Assembly (NCBI GenBank): GCA_016867035.1
Contig: VGKO01000002.1
Span: 1 to 47,105 of the forward strand
Direction of reading: 5' to 3'
Origin: Candidatus Pacearchaeota archaeon
GTDB taxonomy: Archaea; Nanobdellota; Nanobdellia; Pacearchaeales; GW2011-AR1
Length of the DNA: 47,105 nucleotides
The translations under genes were made by a program, and so were the position numbers. The notes beneath the pieces are model-generated. The model was not told where the DNA came from. It made no database searches and saw only the letters and a program-made list of their open reading frames with translations. Of the stretch, positions 17,273 through 25,558 are shown piece after piece; within the stretch, counting starts at the first letter, position 1; the number at the start of each line of letters is the position of its first letter.

Positions 17273-17995
17273 ATGCAACAAAAACGAGGGCAGGTTACAA
17301 TATTTATCATAATTGCGATTTTGATTGTAGCTGGAATTTTCTTATTTTTTTATGTGAAGAATAAAACTGCTTCACTTACTCCTACAATTCCTAGAGATAT
17401 TCAGCCAGTTTATGATTATTTAAACGATTGTTTTGAAGAAAAAGTCTACTCTAGTATTTATGAAATAGGACAATTTGGGGGCTACAAATCTCCCCCTAAT
17501 AATTCTTTAGATATAGGAATTCCGATTTATCTAGATAATCGTTTTAAGGAAATCCTCCCACTTAAAGAGATTGAAGTTCAACTCTCAGAAATAATTGAAG
17601 AAGAATTAAATAAATGTCAGCTTAATTTTAGTTCCATTGAAGTAAATAGGGGCGACCCAAAAATTAAAGTTTCTATTTTAAATAATCAAATAAGGGCTCA
17701 AATAGAATATCCCATAACCATAATAAAAAATGATGGCACATATCAACTTAAAAATTTTCCAGAAATTATTGCACCAATAAAATTTGGTTTGATGTATAGT
17801 TCTGGAGTATCCATAGTAGATTTACAAATTGCTAATAATGGAAGTTTATGTTTAACCTGTTTGCTAGACCTTGGAGAAGAGAATGATTTATCTATAAGCA
17901 CATTTGAATATGAAGAAGGAATTAACATCTTTAGCATAGCAGATAATAACCAAATAAATAATCAAACCTATGAATTAGTGTTTGCAACAAAATGA
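17273..17995 (+). CDS. Membrane-anchored protein with class III (type IV pilin-like) signal-peptide-like N-terminus
   Basis: MQQKRGQ-VTIFIIIAILIVAGIFLFFYV: a basic residue-Gly-Gln followed by a hydrophobic helix, as in archaeal prepilin-peptidase substrates. The rest is unassigned. Confidence 0.55.
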   Translation: MQQKRGQVTIFIIIAILIVAGIFLFFYVKNKTASLTPTIPRDIQPVYDYLNDCFEEKVYSSIYEIGQFGGYKSPPNNSLDIGIPIYLDNRFKEILPLKEIEVQLSEIIEEELNKCQLNFSSIEVNRGDPKIKVSILNNQIRAQIEYPITIIKNDGTYQLKNFPEIIAPIKFGLMYSSGVSIVDLQIANNGSLCLTCLLDLGEENDLSISTFEYEEGINIFSIADNNQINNQTYELVFATK

Positions 17996-19782
17996 AAAAG
18001 CTATTAATCCTATTTCTTTGTGCATTCATTTTTATTACCACTTCTTTTGCTATTGCCGAAGAAGCTCAACAAGAGATAACGATAATAAAAACTCAGCAAA
18101 ATATGCAACAGGTAATAGATGAAAATGCGAGGACGGTTACATATACCTTTACTTCAAAAGATAGTGCAATTTCATTAACAGAGAAAGACTTTTTTTGGAG
18201 TGTAAAACCTGAATCTCAAGAGAATAAGGCCTATATTAAAACAGATGATAAAGGCAATTTAATAGAAGCAGATTTAACTGCTTCTCAAACAACAACATGG
18301 ATTTTTGGGCAAGAAACTCTTAAAGTTCCAGAAGGAGCAAGAGTTCTCTACAAAGATGGAAAGCTTGAAATTTTTGGAAAAAAAGGAGAAAGTTTTAATT
18401 TAAAAGAGAAAGAAAAATCTGGTGCCGAAATTTTTCTTTTAGATAATAAAGGTATAAAAATAGAAGAAGGTCAGATAAAAGGAAATTTTAAATTGAAATT
18501 TGGCGATACTCCAATAAGTATTTCTGGTTTAAATGGTAAAGAAGGAAGTGTAAAATATACTCCAAGTCAGATTTTCCCTTCTTTTTATCTACAAAAAGGA
18601 TCTATGGTCTCTTATGAGGGGGCAAGGATATCTGTTTTGGAACAAAAAAATGAGGGGCTACTACTAAACGATTTAAATGGCAAATCAAAACAATTTTGGT
18701 CATCAGGAGAGCTTTCTTTAGATAGTGACGATTTAAATATAAAATTAGAATTTGATAAAAATAACCCTTGGGTAAAATCAGAGGATACCAAAGCGCTCTC
18801 TTTTGAGATTAATGATGCGCGTTTTTTAATCAATAGAAATTCGGAAATATCCTGTTATTTAGATTCTAAAACAGGTAGAATAACTGAAAAAAATGGTAGA
18901 CAATTATTTGAATATACTCCCTCTGGAATAAAGAATACTTTTATTCCTGGAGAAAAATTTTCTTCTATACCTTTCACAAGAAAAATAACCGGATTGATTT
19001 TATCTGATAAAGAATATACTCTACGTACAACTAGAGGAAAGCATGCAGATTCAATGAGTGGAGTTCGAAAAGATACTTATGCATCTCAAAAAGAATTTTT
19101 AGACTATATTAGAACTATAGAGGCAAAATTTCCTGGAGCTTCCAAAGAAGAAATAGTGACGGCTTTATTTCATGAAATATATAGCAATGTTTGGCAAAGC
19201 TCTAATGAGATGAAGGGTATACCTATTATTCATAAAAATGATGCTATTGGTTGGACAGATCTTTATTCTTATGCTAGATCTACTGAGGGGTCAAACGCAT
19301 TTGGAGAAGTTTATTCAAGATTTTTAGAAGATAATGGAAGAGAAATTAATGCAGGAATATTAAGAGAAAATGGTTTTTCTACGCCCGAACAAGTCACACT
19401 TCCAGATGGAAAATCTGTTAAAATAGCACATTTAGTCGCGGGTTTAACAGGACATGTATCTGGAAGAGAAAATGCTAAAACCCGAGGGGATAGTGAAAAA
19501 GAGGGGGTAAAAGAAGGGGCAATTTTATCTTATGCCATTACTGAAGGAGGAAATCTTTATGAGGTTTGGGATGAAGCTAAAAAGGGAGATAAAGGTGCAA
19601 TAAAAAAAGTTATTTCATTTATTAAGGAATATAGCAAGGATGAAGAAACAGGCCGATATCCTGCAAGTCAAAAAATGGCTGCCTTGTGGAGTGCTAAAGC
19701 AAAAGGACTGATAGATAAATACGATAAACTTTCAGATTTAATCAAAGCGATTTATGAACAGAATGGGTATACCCTTGAATAA
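17992..19782 (+). CDS. Large secreted hypothetical protein (596 aa)
   Basis: Start overlaps the previous stop (ATGA). N-terminal signal peptide MKKLLILFLCAFIFITTSFAIAEE. No recognised domain. Confidence 0.6.
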   Translation: MKKLLILFLCAFIFITTSFAIAEEAQQEITIIKTQQNMQQVIDENARTVTYTFTSKDSAISLTEKDFFWSVKPESQENKAYIKTDDKGNLIEADLTASQTTTWIFGQETLKVPEGARVLYKDGKLEIFGKKGESFNLKEKEKSGAEIFLLDNKGIKIEEGQIKGNFKLKFGDTPISISGLNGKEGSVKYTPSQIFPSFYLQKGSMVSYEGARISVLEQKNEGLLLNDLNGKSKQFWSSGELSLDSDDLNIKLEFDKNNPWVKSEDTKALSFEINDARFLINRNSEISCYLDSKTGRITEKNGRQLFEYTPSGIKNTFIPGEKFSSIPFTRKITGLILSDKEYTLRTTRGKHADSMSGVRKDTYASQKEFLDYIRTIEAKFPGASKEEIVTALFHEIYSNVWQSSNEMKGIPIIHKNDAIGWTDLYSYARSTEGSNAFGEVYSRFLEDNGREINAGILRENGFSTPEQVTLPDGKSVKIAHLVAGLTGHVSGRENAKTRGDSEKEGVKEGAILSYAITEGGNLYEVWDEAKKGDKGAIKKVISFIKEYSKDEETGRYPASQKMAALWSAKAKGLIDKYDKLSDLIKAIYEQNGYTLE

Positions 19783-19839
19783 AAATATGGATTTATCACT
19801 CCAGAAACCTTTGATAAAATTGTTTTAAATGAAAATTAG

Positions 19840-20586
19840 TTATCTAATTCTTCTATAAACCGCAGGTCCAACTCTTTGAAGATGTGCGAATCTTGGATTA
19901 TCTTTAACAATTTTTGTTGTTCCAATAACTCCTCTTGAATCTCCAATATCTCCGCTAGAGTGCATAAAGATGATTCCTCCATCTTTTAAGGTTCTTGTAG
20001 TTAAATCATATGCAACTTTTTCTCCTTCTGAACCCAGATGAGTTATTACATGATTAAAAAATATTACGGGGTATTGGGCCGTAGTTTCTCTGATAAAATC
20101 TTGAACTCTTGTTGAAAACTTTCCTCTTTGAATTGCTTCTTGAACGTGTTCTATAACTTCTTGAGAGAAACGATATTCTCCATCTTTCAATTCAAAACCA
20201 GTTGGATAATCATTTACAAAACTAGGTTTTAAAGGATGTCTAGGTAGCGTTCTCTTTTGTTCTTCTGTTAGAAATATTCCTCCAAGAGGGTTTCTTTCAG
20301 GACCATAGCCCTCGCCCAAAGAATAAATAGGGGATATTTCTTCAAAAGGTCTTAATTCTACTAAGTCTAATTTTAACAAATCGCCCAAGCTTCTTCTACT
20401 TGTTTTTGCAGTTTCTGCACCCGTAGCAAGTATGGATAAAGGTTCTTCCAAATTTCCTATGCCAATAACTAAAGCAGTTGTTAATCCTTTGGTCTGTTCT
20501 AAATAATTTCTTAAAATACTATAATCCGATTTATGTCTAAAAAAATTTGACCTATCTATTGCGGATATTCTTGAATAATCTGTCAT
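19840..20586 (-). CDS. Hypothetical protein, possibly Rossmann/class I methyltransferase-like
   Basis: ALVIGIGNLEEP, LDLVELRP, PVIFFNHVITHL and LKDGGIIFM loosely follow methyltransferase motifs I, II, IV and post-IV. Weak assignment. Confidence 0.5.
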   Translation of the reverse strand: MTDYSRISAIDRSNFFRHKSDYSILRNYLEQTKGLTTALVIGIGNLEEPLSILATGAETAKTSRRSLGDLLKLDLVELRPFEEISPIYSLGEGYGPERNPLGGIFLTEEQKRTLPRHPLKPSFVNDYPTGFELKDGEYRFSQEVIEHVQEAIQRGKFSTRVQDFIRETTAQYPVIFFNHVITHLGSEGEKVAYDLTTRTLKDGGIIFMHSSGDIGDSRGVIGTTKIVKDNPRFAHLQRVGPAVYRRIR

Positions 20587-20694
20587 AAAAAGAGTAATTT
20601 TAACACCATTATAAACCTTTCTATTTATAACTACTTAATAGTGATTAATTATTTATAAAATTAAGTTACTCTCTCTTAACAAACCCCCTTTCAG

Positions 20695-20716
20695 CACCCG
20701 CTAACTTAACAATACA
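20695..20716 (-). repeat. Right terminal inverted repeat
   Basis: cacccgctaacttaacaataca, the reverse complement of the left IR (20/22). Confidence 0.85.
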
Positions 20717-20725
20717 GCTTTATTA
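20717..20725. repeat. Right target-site duplication (gctttatta)
   Basis: Identical to 15996-16004 and directly abutting the right IR. Confidence 0.8.
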
Positions 20726-20890
20726 TATAATCTAAAATATATTCTAAAGAACATATTTGCTTTAAAACAAGGTTTTTTTGCTCTTCTCATGCCAAAAGAC
20801 ATAACAATACAACTAACGCCCGACGGGTTTGGTTTAGTTCCAGAAGAAGTAGCACTTAGTGTAAAAAGATTTCCAAGTTACGAACAATGT

Positions 20891-20899
20891 CCCCCCCCC
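20891..20899 (+). repeat. Poly-C tract (C9)
   Basis: Nine consecutive C in an AT-rich sequence, positioned exactly at the frame junction of the two ORFs. Confidence 0.95.
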
Positions 20900-21102
20900 A
20901 TATAGGCGGAGAGTTGAGTTGGGAAGATGCTGAAAGAGTAACTAGATTAATAAAAAAAGCCAATCCCAAAAGAGTAGTTGTTGAAAGATATGCAAGAACC
21001 CGATGCCCACATACTGAATGCGCTTATAGAATTGTTGAGGAAAATCAAGACAATCCTAAAGAAACCCAAGCTTATTGTACCTGTTTAGATATTGTTGTTA
21101 AA

Positions 21103-21156
21103 GCTAAAGAAGCTAAAGAAGCTCAAGAAGCTCATGAAGCTCAAGAAGCTAAAAAA
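21103..21156 (+). repeat. In-frame 9-bp tandem repeat (6 units, gct-Naa-gaa)
   Basis: gctaaagaa gctaaagaa gctcaagaa gctcatgaa gctcaagaa gctaaaaaa encodes the (A-K/Q/H-E)n repeat AKEAKEAQEAHEAQEAKK. Confidence 0.9.
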
Positions 21157-21372
21157 ACAATTAATAGAAAACAGAGGGTAGATTAATAATTATAATGCGC
21201 AGGAGCCATAATCTATACTAAATTTTAGATAAAATTTTAAATAAAACTTAAAATTAAGGCTTTTCTCTGCGACTTTTTTTATTTGAATATAAAAAACGGA
21301 GCCATAATCCATTCGGAATAAAGCCATACCCGCTAAAATCTTATTTTACTTATTGAATATGATTAATTGCAG

Positions 21373-21660
21373 TTATTTTTTGTAAGCTGCTGCTCGAGCT
21401 TCATATCTTCCAAGAGGCCTATACCTTAAACCTCTTCCTTCTTGAGGCGCAAATCGTTCTAATCTAAAACCAAATAAATGAGTTGCTCCCATTTTTCTTG
21501 CCTGACTTTCTAAGGAATTAACTGCATTTTTTTGAGAATCTCTTGCTAAACCCAAAGAAAAACCAATAAGTTCAGAAGCAACCAAGGTTAAATCTTCTCT
21601 TAATCCTTCTTCTTTTACTTGAGCATATGTTTTCTTATTAATAATTAATTTTTTTGTCAT
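21373..21660 (-). CDS. Hypothetical protein (95 aa), possibly YbjQ/DUF74-like
   Basis: AVNSLESQARKMGATHLFGFRLE resembles the YbjQ segment [22 protein letters not shown]. Weak. Confidence 0.45.
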   Translation of the reverse strand: MTKKLIINKKTYAQVKEEGLREDLTLVASELIGFSLGLARDSQKNAVNSLESQARKMGATHLFGFRLERFAPQEGRGLRYRPLGRYEARAAAYKK

Positions 21661-21705
21661 TTTTTATTATTAATCTTAATGTCTTATAAACTTTATTATA
21701 CTATT

Positions 21706-21735
21706 TTAGTTAGTTTAGTTAGTTTAGTTAGTTTA
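21706..21735. repeat. 9-nt microsatellite (ttagttagt x3 plus a partial unit)
   Basis: Read directly in the intergenic region upstream of 21373..21660. Confidence 0.9.
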
Positions 21736-21919
21736 CTTATTTTAGTTATTTGAAACCCATGGAGAGGCTCGAAGACATTCAAAATAGTACGTCCTTTTGC
21801 CTCTCTAGGGAAAAAGAGGTGTTAATATATCTAGTTGGGGGTAGTATTTAAACCTTTCGGTTTTGTTACCTCTACTAAGTTACAACAAGATTTATATACC
21901 CATATTTTATGGATAACTT

Positions 21920-22645
21920 ATGATATCAAAAGAAAAACTAAAATACATGACTAGATACACAGCAGCGTCGTATTTAGACTTTTTTATGTCTCTTCCAATA
22001 GAAGGAGCACAAGCAATAGCTAAATTATCTCAAAAGGCATTAGGTGAAAGAACACCAAAACTATTAACCTTAGAAGATATAGAAAAAAATAGTCCAACCC
22101 TGAAAGCAAGAAATAATTTAAGAGAAAAACTAGATACAAGAGGAGGTTCAGTTTTTATAAAAAATAATATTATTGGAGCTGTTCCATTTTTATTAGCGGG
22201 CTTGCCTGCAGCAGAGGGTGCTGGAAGATTAATAGAACATTATTTACCAAACGCTCCTGAAATAGTAAAATACGCCCTAAATTCAGCTGGAACTCTTGCA
22301 GCACAAATGGCAACAGGTTATGCTACTTTTATGGCTTTAGAGATTCATGCAAATAGACATAAGTATGAAAATGAAAGCGGAAGATTAAGTCCTAAAAAAA
22401 TTGCCCAGGGAATAAAAAGAGCAGTTAAAGCTTTTTTAAGTTTTGATATACCTTATATCGCGGCCAAACTAGCCGGACAATCAGCTTTGCTAGCATTAGG
22501 AAAAAGTCCTGCTATTGCTTCGCTTATATTCGATGGAGCTGCTTTTCCAACATGGTATACTTTAGGAATTCCAATAGGTTTAGAAAAAGGAGTCATTGAA
22601 GCTCGAGATTATCCAGAAACTAATAAGAACCAGGCGGTGGAGTAA
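21920..22645 (+). CDS. Hypothetical membrane protein (241 aa)
   Basis: ATG ORF with several Ala/Gly-rich hydrophobic segments (IIGAVPFLLAGLPAA, GTLAAQMATGYATFMAL, ASLIFDGAAFPTWYTLGIPIGL). Confidence 0.55.
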   Translation: MISKEKLKYMTRYTAASYLDFFMSLPIEGAQAIAKLSQKALGERTPKLLTLEDIEKNSPTLKARNNLREKLDTRGGSVFIKNNIIGAVPFLLAGLPAAEGAGRLIEHYLPNAPEIVKYALNSAGTLAAQMATGYATFMALEIHANRHKYENESGRLSPKKIAQGIKRAVKAFLSFDIPYIAAKLAGQSALLALGKSPAIASLIFDGAAFPTWYTLGIPIGLEKGVIEARDYPETNKNQAVE

Positions 22646-23057
22646 TACAACCAAGAGGCCCGGAAATAGAAAGATCTTGTCCAGTTGCAATTTTTTCTAA
22701 TAAATCCCTTCTATTCATTCTTCTGAGTCTTTCTCTAGTTTTTGATGCAGCTAAAACAATATGTTTAACTCTACCAATCATCAAAAATTCCTTTTCAGAA
22801 GAAAGTCTTTTTAATCCACCTAACATTTTAGCAACACCACTAACTGTATCTTTTTCATAACTAACAAAATATGCCCCCTCTGCTCCTTTTCGTCCACTTA
22901 CTGCAATTATAGCGTTAGGACCATATTCTTGAAGAAGTTCTTTTTTATGCTTTTCTGCATATATTGCAGCATCAGGATCAAAATTTTTTACACCACCTGC
23001 TTCCCTATCAATATCCCTATAAGTTTGGTTTATAGCTGCAGTTACCCAATTAACCAT
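22620..23057 (-). CDS. Hypothetical protein (145 aa)
   Basis: The listed start at 23063 is GTG; the first ATG (MVNWVTAA) is at 23057. 3' end overlaps the convergent gene by 26 nt. No domain recognised. Confidence 0.5.
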   Translation of the reverse strand: MVNWVTAAINQTYRDIDREAGGVKNFDPDAAIYAEKHKKELLQEYGPNAIIAVSGRKGAEGAYFVSYEKDTVSGVAKMLGGLKRLSSEKEFLMIGRVKHIVLAASKTRERLRRMNRRDLLEKIATGQDLSISGPLGCITPPPGSY

Positions 23058-23116
23058 TCTCACAATAAATAAAATCTATTTTTTAAGATTATTGTATAGA
23101 ATTATACATAAATTGT

Positions 23117-23368
23117 TTATTCCCTCGCCTTACGCCACTTTCTCAAAACAATCGTATAACCAATTATCTTGGAAGTAAAATTCTTTCCAAGCTCTTGGAG
23201 CATTTTATCAGCCCATTCTTGCATTTCTTCTTTATCGCGAGAAGAAGATTTAAGCAAACTAACCCTAATACTCTCAACACCTTTATCTGCAAACCTTGTT
23301 TTAAGATTATTCATAAATTCGGGCGTAAAACCATTCTTACCAATCTGTAATTTTACTAATTTTGTCAT
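23117..23368 (-). CDS. YhbY/CRS1-type (CRM domain) RNA-binding protein
   Basis: LQIGKNGFTPEFMNNLKTRF...IRVSLL...DKEE...IGYTIVLRKW matches the YhbY pattern (GxxGlT...iKv...re...iG...vlYR). Confidence 0.75.
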   Translation of the reverse strand: MTKLVKLQIGKNGFTPEFMNNLKTRFADKGVESIRVSLLKSSSRDKEEMQEWADKMLQELGKNFTSKIIGYTIVLRKWRKARE

Positions 23369-23369
23369 A

Positions 23370-23972
23370 TTACTTGCCTTTTAGTTTAATTTCTTTTATT
23401 TCAATATCTTTAGCAGGAATAGCGGCCATTATTTCTTCCTTAGCCATAATATAATGAAATTTATCTTTAATTATTTTAATAAGTAATTGCGAAGCTTCTT
23501 CTTTCTCAAGTTTTCCAGGAGTAAGAATAACAAAAGGTTTTTTCACAACACTTCTGGGCACAGCACGCAACTTACCTTTCTGAAACTCCAGGGCTAATTC
23601 AAGTTTTGCTTTTCGTCTTTGAATTTTTCCTGTAACACCAAAAGTTCCTGTTTTCATTTTCTCACTCTTATTAATTTGTTCTGTAGTAAAAACATCAACA
23701 TCAGCCTCTGTATTATTGCGTTTCCATTGTTGACTAAAACAGGCAGTAAAAATAGCCATTTCATCCAAATCCCTTTTGTTAGGATTTTTAATTAAAGTAA
23801 ATGGACTTCCAGGGTTTGAGGTATGCATAACCACGAAATTCTCTTTATTATCAACACGCTTTTTCATAATATCTTCGTTTTGTTCTGCGCTCTTACCGCC
23901 AACCACAAGTTTTTCCGAAGAAGTGAAAAACCACCTATATTTTAGATATTCTCTACCAAGTACTTGCTCCAT
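23370..23972 (-). CDS. NFACT-R (DUF814) domain protein, ribosome-quality-control related
   Basis: LVVGGKSAEQNEDIMKK...FVVMHTSNPGSPFTLI matches the DUF814 core (GrnaeeNe.L......D...Ha....GS.v). Its stop is adjacent to the yhbY-like start. Confidence 0.7.
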   Translation of the reverse strand: MEQVLGREYLKYRWFFTSSEKLVVGGKSAEQNEDIMKKRVDNKENFVVMHTSNPGSPFTLIKNPNKRDLDEMAIFTACFSQQWKRNNTEADVDVFTTEQINKSEKMKTGTFGVTGKIQRRKAKLELALEFQKGKLRAVPRSVVKKPFVILTPGKLEKEEASQLLIKIIKDKFHYIMAKEEIMAAIPAKDIEIKEIKLKGK

Positions 23973-24033
23973 TAATTCAACAAGAGAACAGCGTTTTTAA
24001 GCTTAACTTATGAATAAGAAGGAAAATAGATTT

Positions 24034-25512
24034 CTAGCTTCTCTCTGCGCTCTCTACTTTTTGTATGGCTGTCTTGTTTTTCTCAAAGAACTCGATTGCT
24101 TGTGCTAATTCCTTTTTATCCTTGGCTTTGGCATATTTATGAATCTCAATTTTCTTAGTATAAGCCTCACAAGCTTGTATTAATGCTTTAGCTCCTGCTT
24201 TAGTTCCTTTTGGGTGTGCGTGCACTCCTGCACCCATTGTCGTAATAAAATCAGTATTACCCATAATTTCAATAAAAGGTTTAAGTAAAGTAGGATTTAG
24301 TCCTCCCGAGATAATAGGACAACATTTTTTAACAACTCTCCAATTATCTGTTTCATGAAAAACATGGTGGGCATGATCTTCATGCGCTAGTTTTATTATA
24401 TCTGAATCATTTTCAGAAACTTTAGCCCAATTCTGACTAAAAAAATGCCCTTGTGCTGAAAGCTGAAGTATACTTTTGGCTGCAGTAACGTCTTCTTCAG
24501 GAGAGCCCGCCATTTTTCCAACCCCTGCTGTTCCTGTATGTATTCCTGATGCTCCTGCAAGTCTAGCGAACTTAGAAAGGACAAGCACAGAAAATCCAAA
24601 AGGATTTTCTTTTCTAGTATACGCTCCATGACTAGCTCTATGAAAGTGAATAAAAACATCAGGATACTTTCTTCTTAAGGTTTGAACAGCCATCCAACCT
24701 GCTGTAATTCCGTCTATTAAAAAAGCATAACTGCCTTTTTCAAAACCAGCTTTGAGAATAAGCTCGCATCGCTTTATCATGGTTTCATAGTCAGGAGCAG
24801 AAACATTAAAAGAATGAACTTTTTTCTTGCCTGTTTCTTTTACAGCCTTATCCATGGCTTTTTTTACATACTTAACCATTAATTCATATTGACAAAAATC
24901 CTGGTCTGCCTGAGGTTCATCATTTTTAACAAAGTCACCACCGCCACTCCAGAAATCATAACAAACTTCAGCGTATTCTGCGGCAGTTAATCCAATTTTT
25001 GGTTTAATAATTGTTCCAAGAATAGGTCTTTTATACACTCCCAGGTATTTTCTCATATCATCAATAGTATAACTTGGGCCATCATAATGCTCGAGCATTT
25101 GAGAAGGAAACCAAACATCAAGTAGTTTTAAAGCAGAAACTTCTTTCATACCCAAAACATTTCCAACAATAAAAGTAAGAATATTCTGAACATTCGAGCC
25201 CCTGTCAAAAATTCTCCAAGGATAAGCCACCCAAACCAAATTATTTTTTAAATCAATTTTATAAACCAGGGCATTAAGTTTTCTAGAAAAAGCAGTCTCG
25301 GTTTTAACAGCAAAATTAGTTCCTGTTGAGGATTCAGCAGCAACTTCGCAAGCAGCCTGAAGCATATTTAGAACTTTTCCGGGAAGTAAATGAAAAACAG
25401 TAAGCAAATACTCCCCGTTCTTTGGATTTTCAAGTCCAAGATTACAATAAGCAAGCTGATGTGAATTCAATGTCTTCACAAGCTTCTCAATCTCCCCTTT
25501 TTTTTCTTTCAT
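24034..25512 (-). CDS. rbcL: RuBisCO large subunit, archaeal form III or II/III-like
   Basis: GTIIKPKIGL, GGGDFVKNDEPQ (carbamylated Lys region), HFHRASHGA, GIHTGT, SGGLNP: catalytic residues appear intact. 492 aa, no small subunit nearby. Confidence 0.9.
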   Translation of the reverse strand: MKEKKGEIEKLVKTLNSHQLAYCNLGLENPKNGEYLLTVFHLLPGKVLNMLQAACEVAAESSTGTNFAVKTETAFSRKLNALVYKIDLKNNLVWVAYPWRIFDRGSNVQNILTFIVGNVLGMKEVSALKLLDVWFPSQMLEHYDGPSYTIDDMRKYLGVYKRPILGTIIKPKIGLTAAEYAEVCYDFWSGGGDFVKNDEPQADQDFCQYELMVKYVKKAMDKAVKETGKKKVHSFNVSAPDYETMIKRCELILKAGFEKGSYAFLIDGITAGWMAVQTLRRKYPDVFIHFHRASHGAYTRKENPFGFSVLVLSKFARLAGASGIHTGTAGVGKMAGSPEEDVTAAKSILQLSAQGHFFSQNWAKVSENDSDIIKLAHEDHAHHVFHETDNWRVVKKCCPIISGGLNPTLLKPFIEIMGNTDFITTMGAGVHAHPKGTKAGAKALIQACEAYTKKIEIHKYAKAKDKKELAQAIEFFEKNKTAIQKVESAERS

Positions 25513-25558
25513 TTTCCCCTCTTTATCTATATTAGAAATCTAGATTTAAATACCTTGC

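Larger units (their letters stand above)
16005..20716 (+). mobile_element. IS1-family-like transposon (4712 bp) with passenger genes
   Basis: 22-bp imperfect terminal inverted repeats (20/22) flanked by a 9-bp direct repeat. Encodes an IS1-like DDE transposase, an AbrB-like regulator and three further ORFs. Confidence 0.8.
20789..21186 (+). pseudogene. Gene interrupted at a C9 homopolymer (38-codon ORF 20789..20905 plus 99-codon ORF 20887..21186)
   Basis: A canonical leaderless promoter (gctttaaaac, TATA 21 nt upstream) serves the ATG at 20789, not the one at 20887. The upstream frame ends at TAG 20903-20905 just after the C9 tract. One extra C would fuse both ORFs into ~132 aa. Confidence 0.5.

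Noticed and set aside
21199-21311. 12-nt direct repeat ggagccataatc (about 21200 and 21299), with a possible 46-aa minus-strand ORF encoding DYGS twice
   Set aside because: The repeat is short, the ORF is hydrophobic and low-complexity without a promoter, and the region also holds the T-run terminator of the upstream gene. Evidence is insufficient for any call.
21103-21740. Possible CRISPR array (short tandem repeats at 21103-21156 and 21706-21735)
   Set aside because: The units are 9 nt with no spacers: one is a coding tripeptide repeat and the other a microsatellite. I saw no CRISPR-like 25-40 nt repeat-spacer structure or recognisable cas gene in the window.
24396-24659. Other overlapping or antisense listed ORFs (24396..24659, 29677..29970, 31001..31330, 31303..31569, 32620..32871, 35890..36108, 36217..36699, 37024..37236, 46506..46697, 46879..47103, 6583..6912, 7316..7525, 9998..10198, 13402..13608, 14907..15291, 17743..17937, 18612..18833, 23169..23384, 23776..24000, 28028..28228, 3734..3955, 4334..4525)
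   Set aside because: Each lies within, and mostly antisense to, a longer ORF with recognisable motifs or better coding character. Translations are low-complexity.
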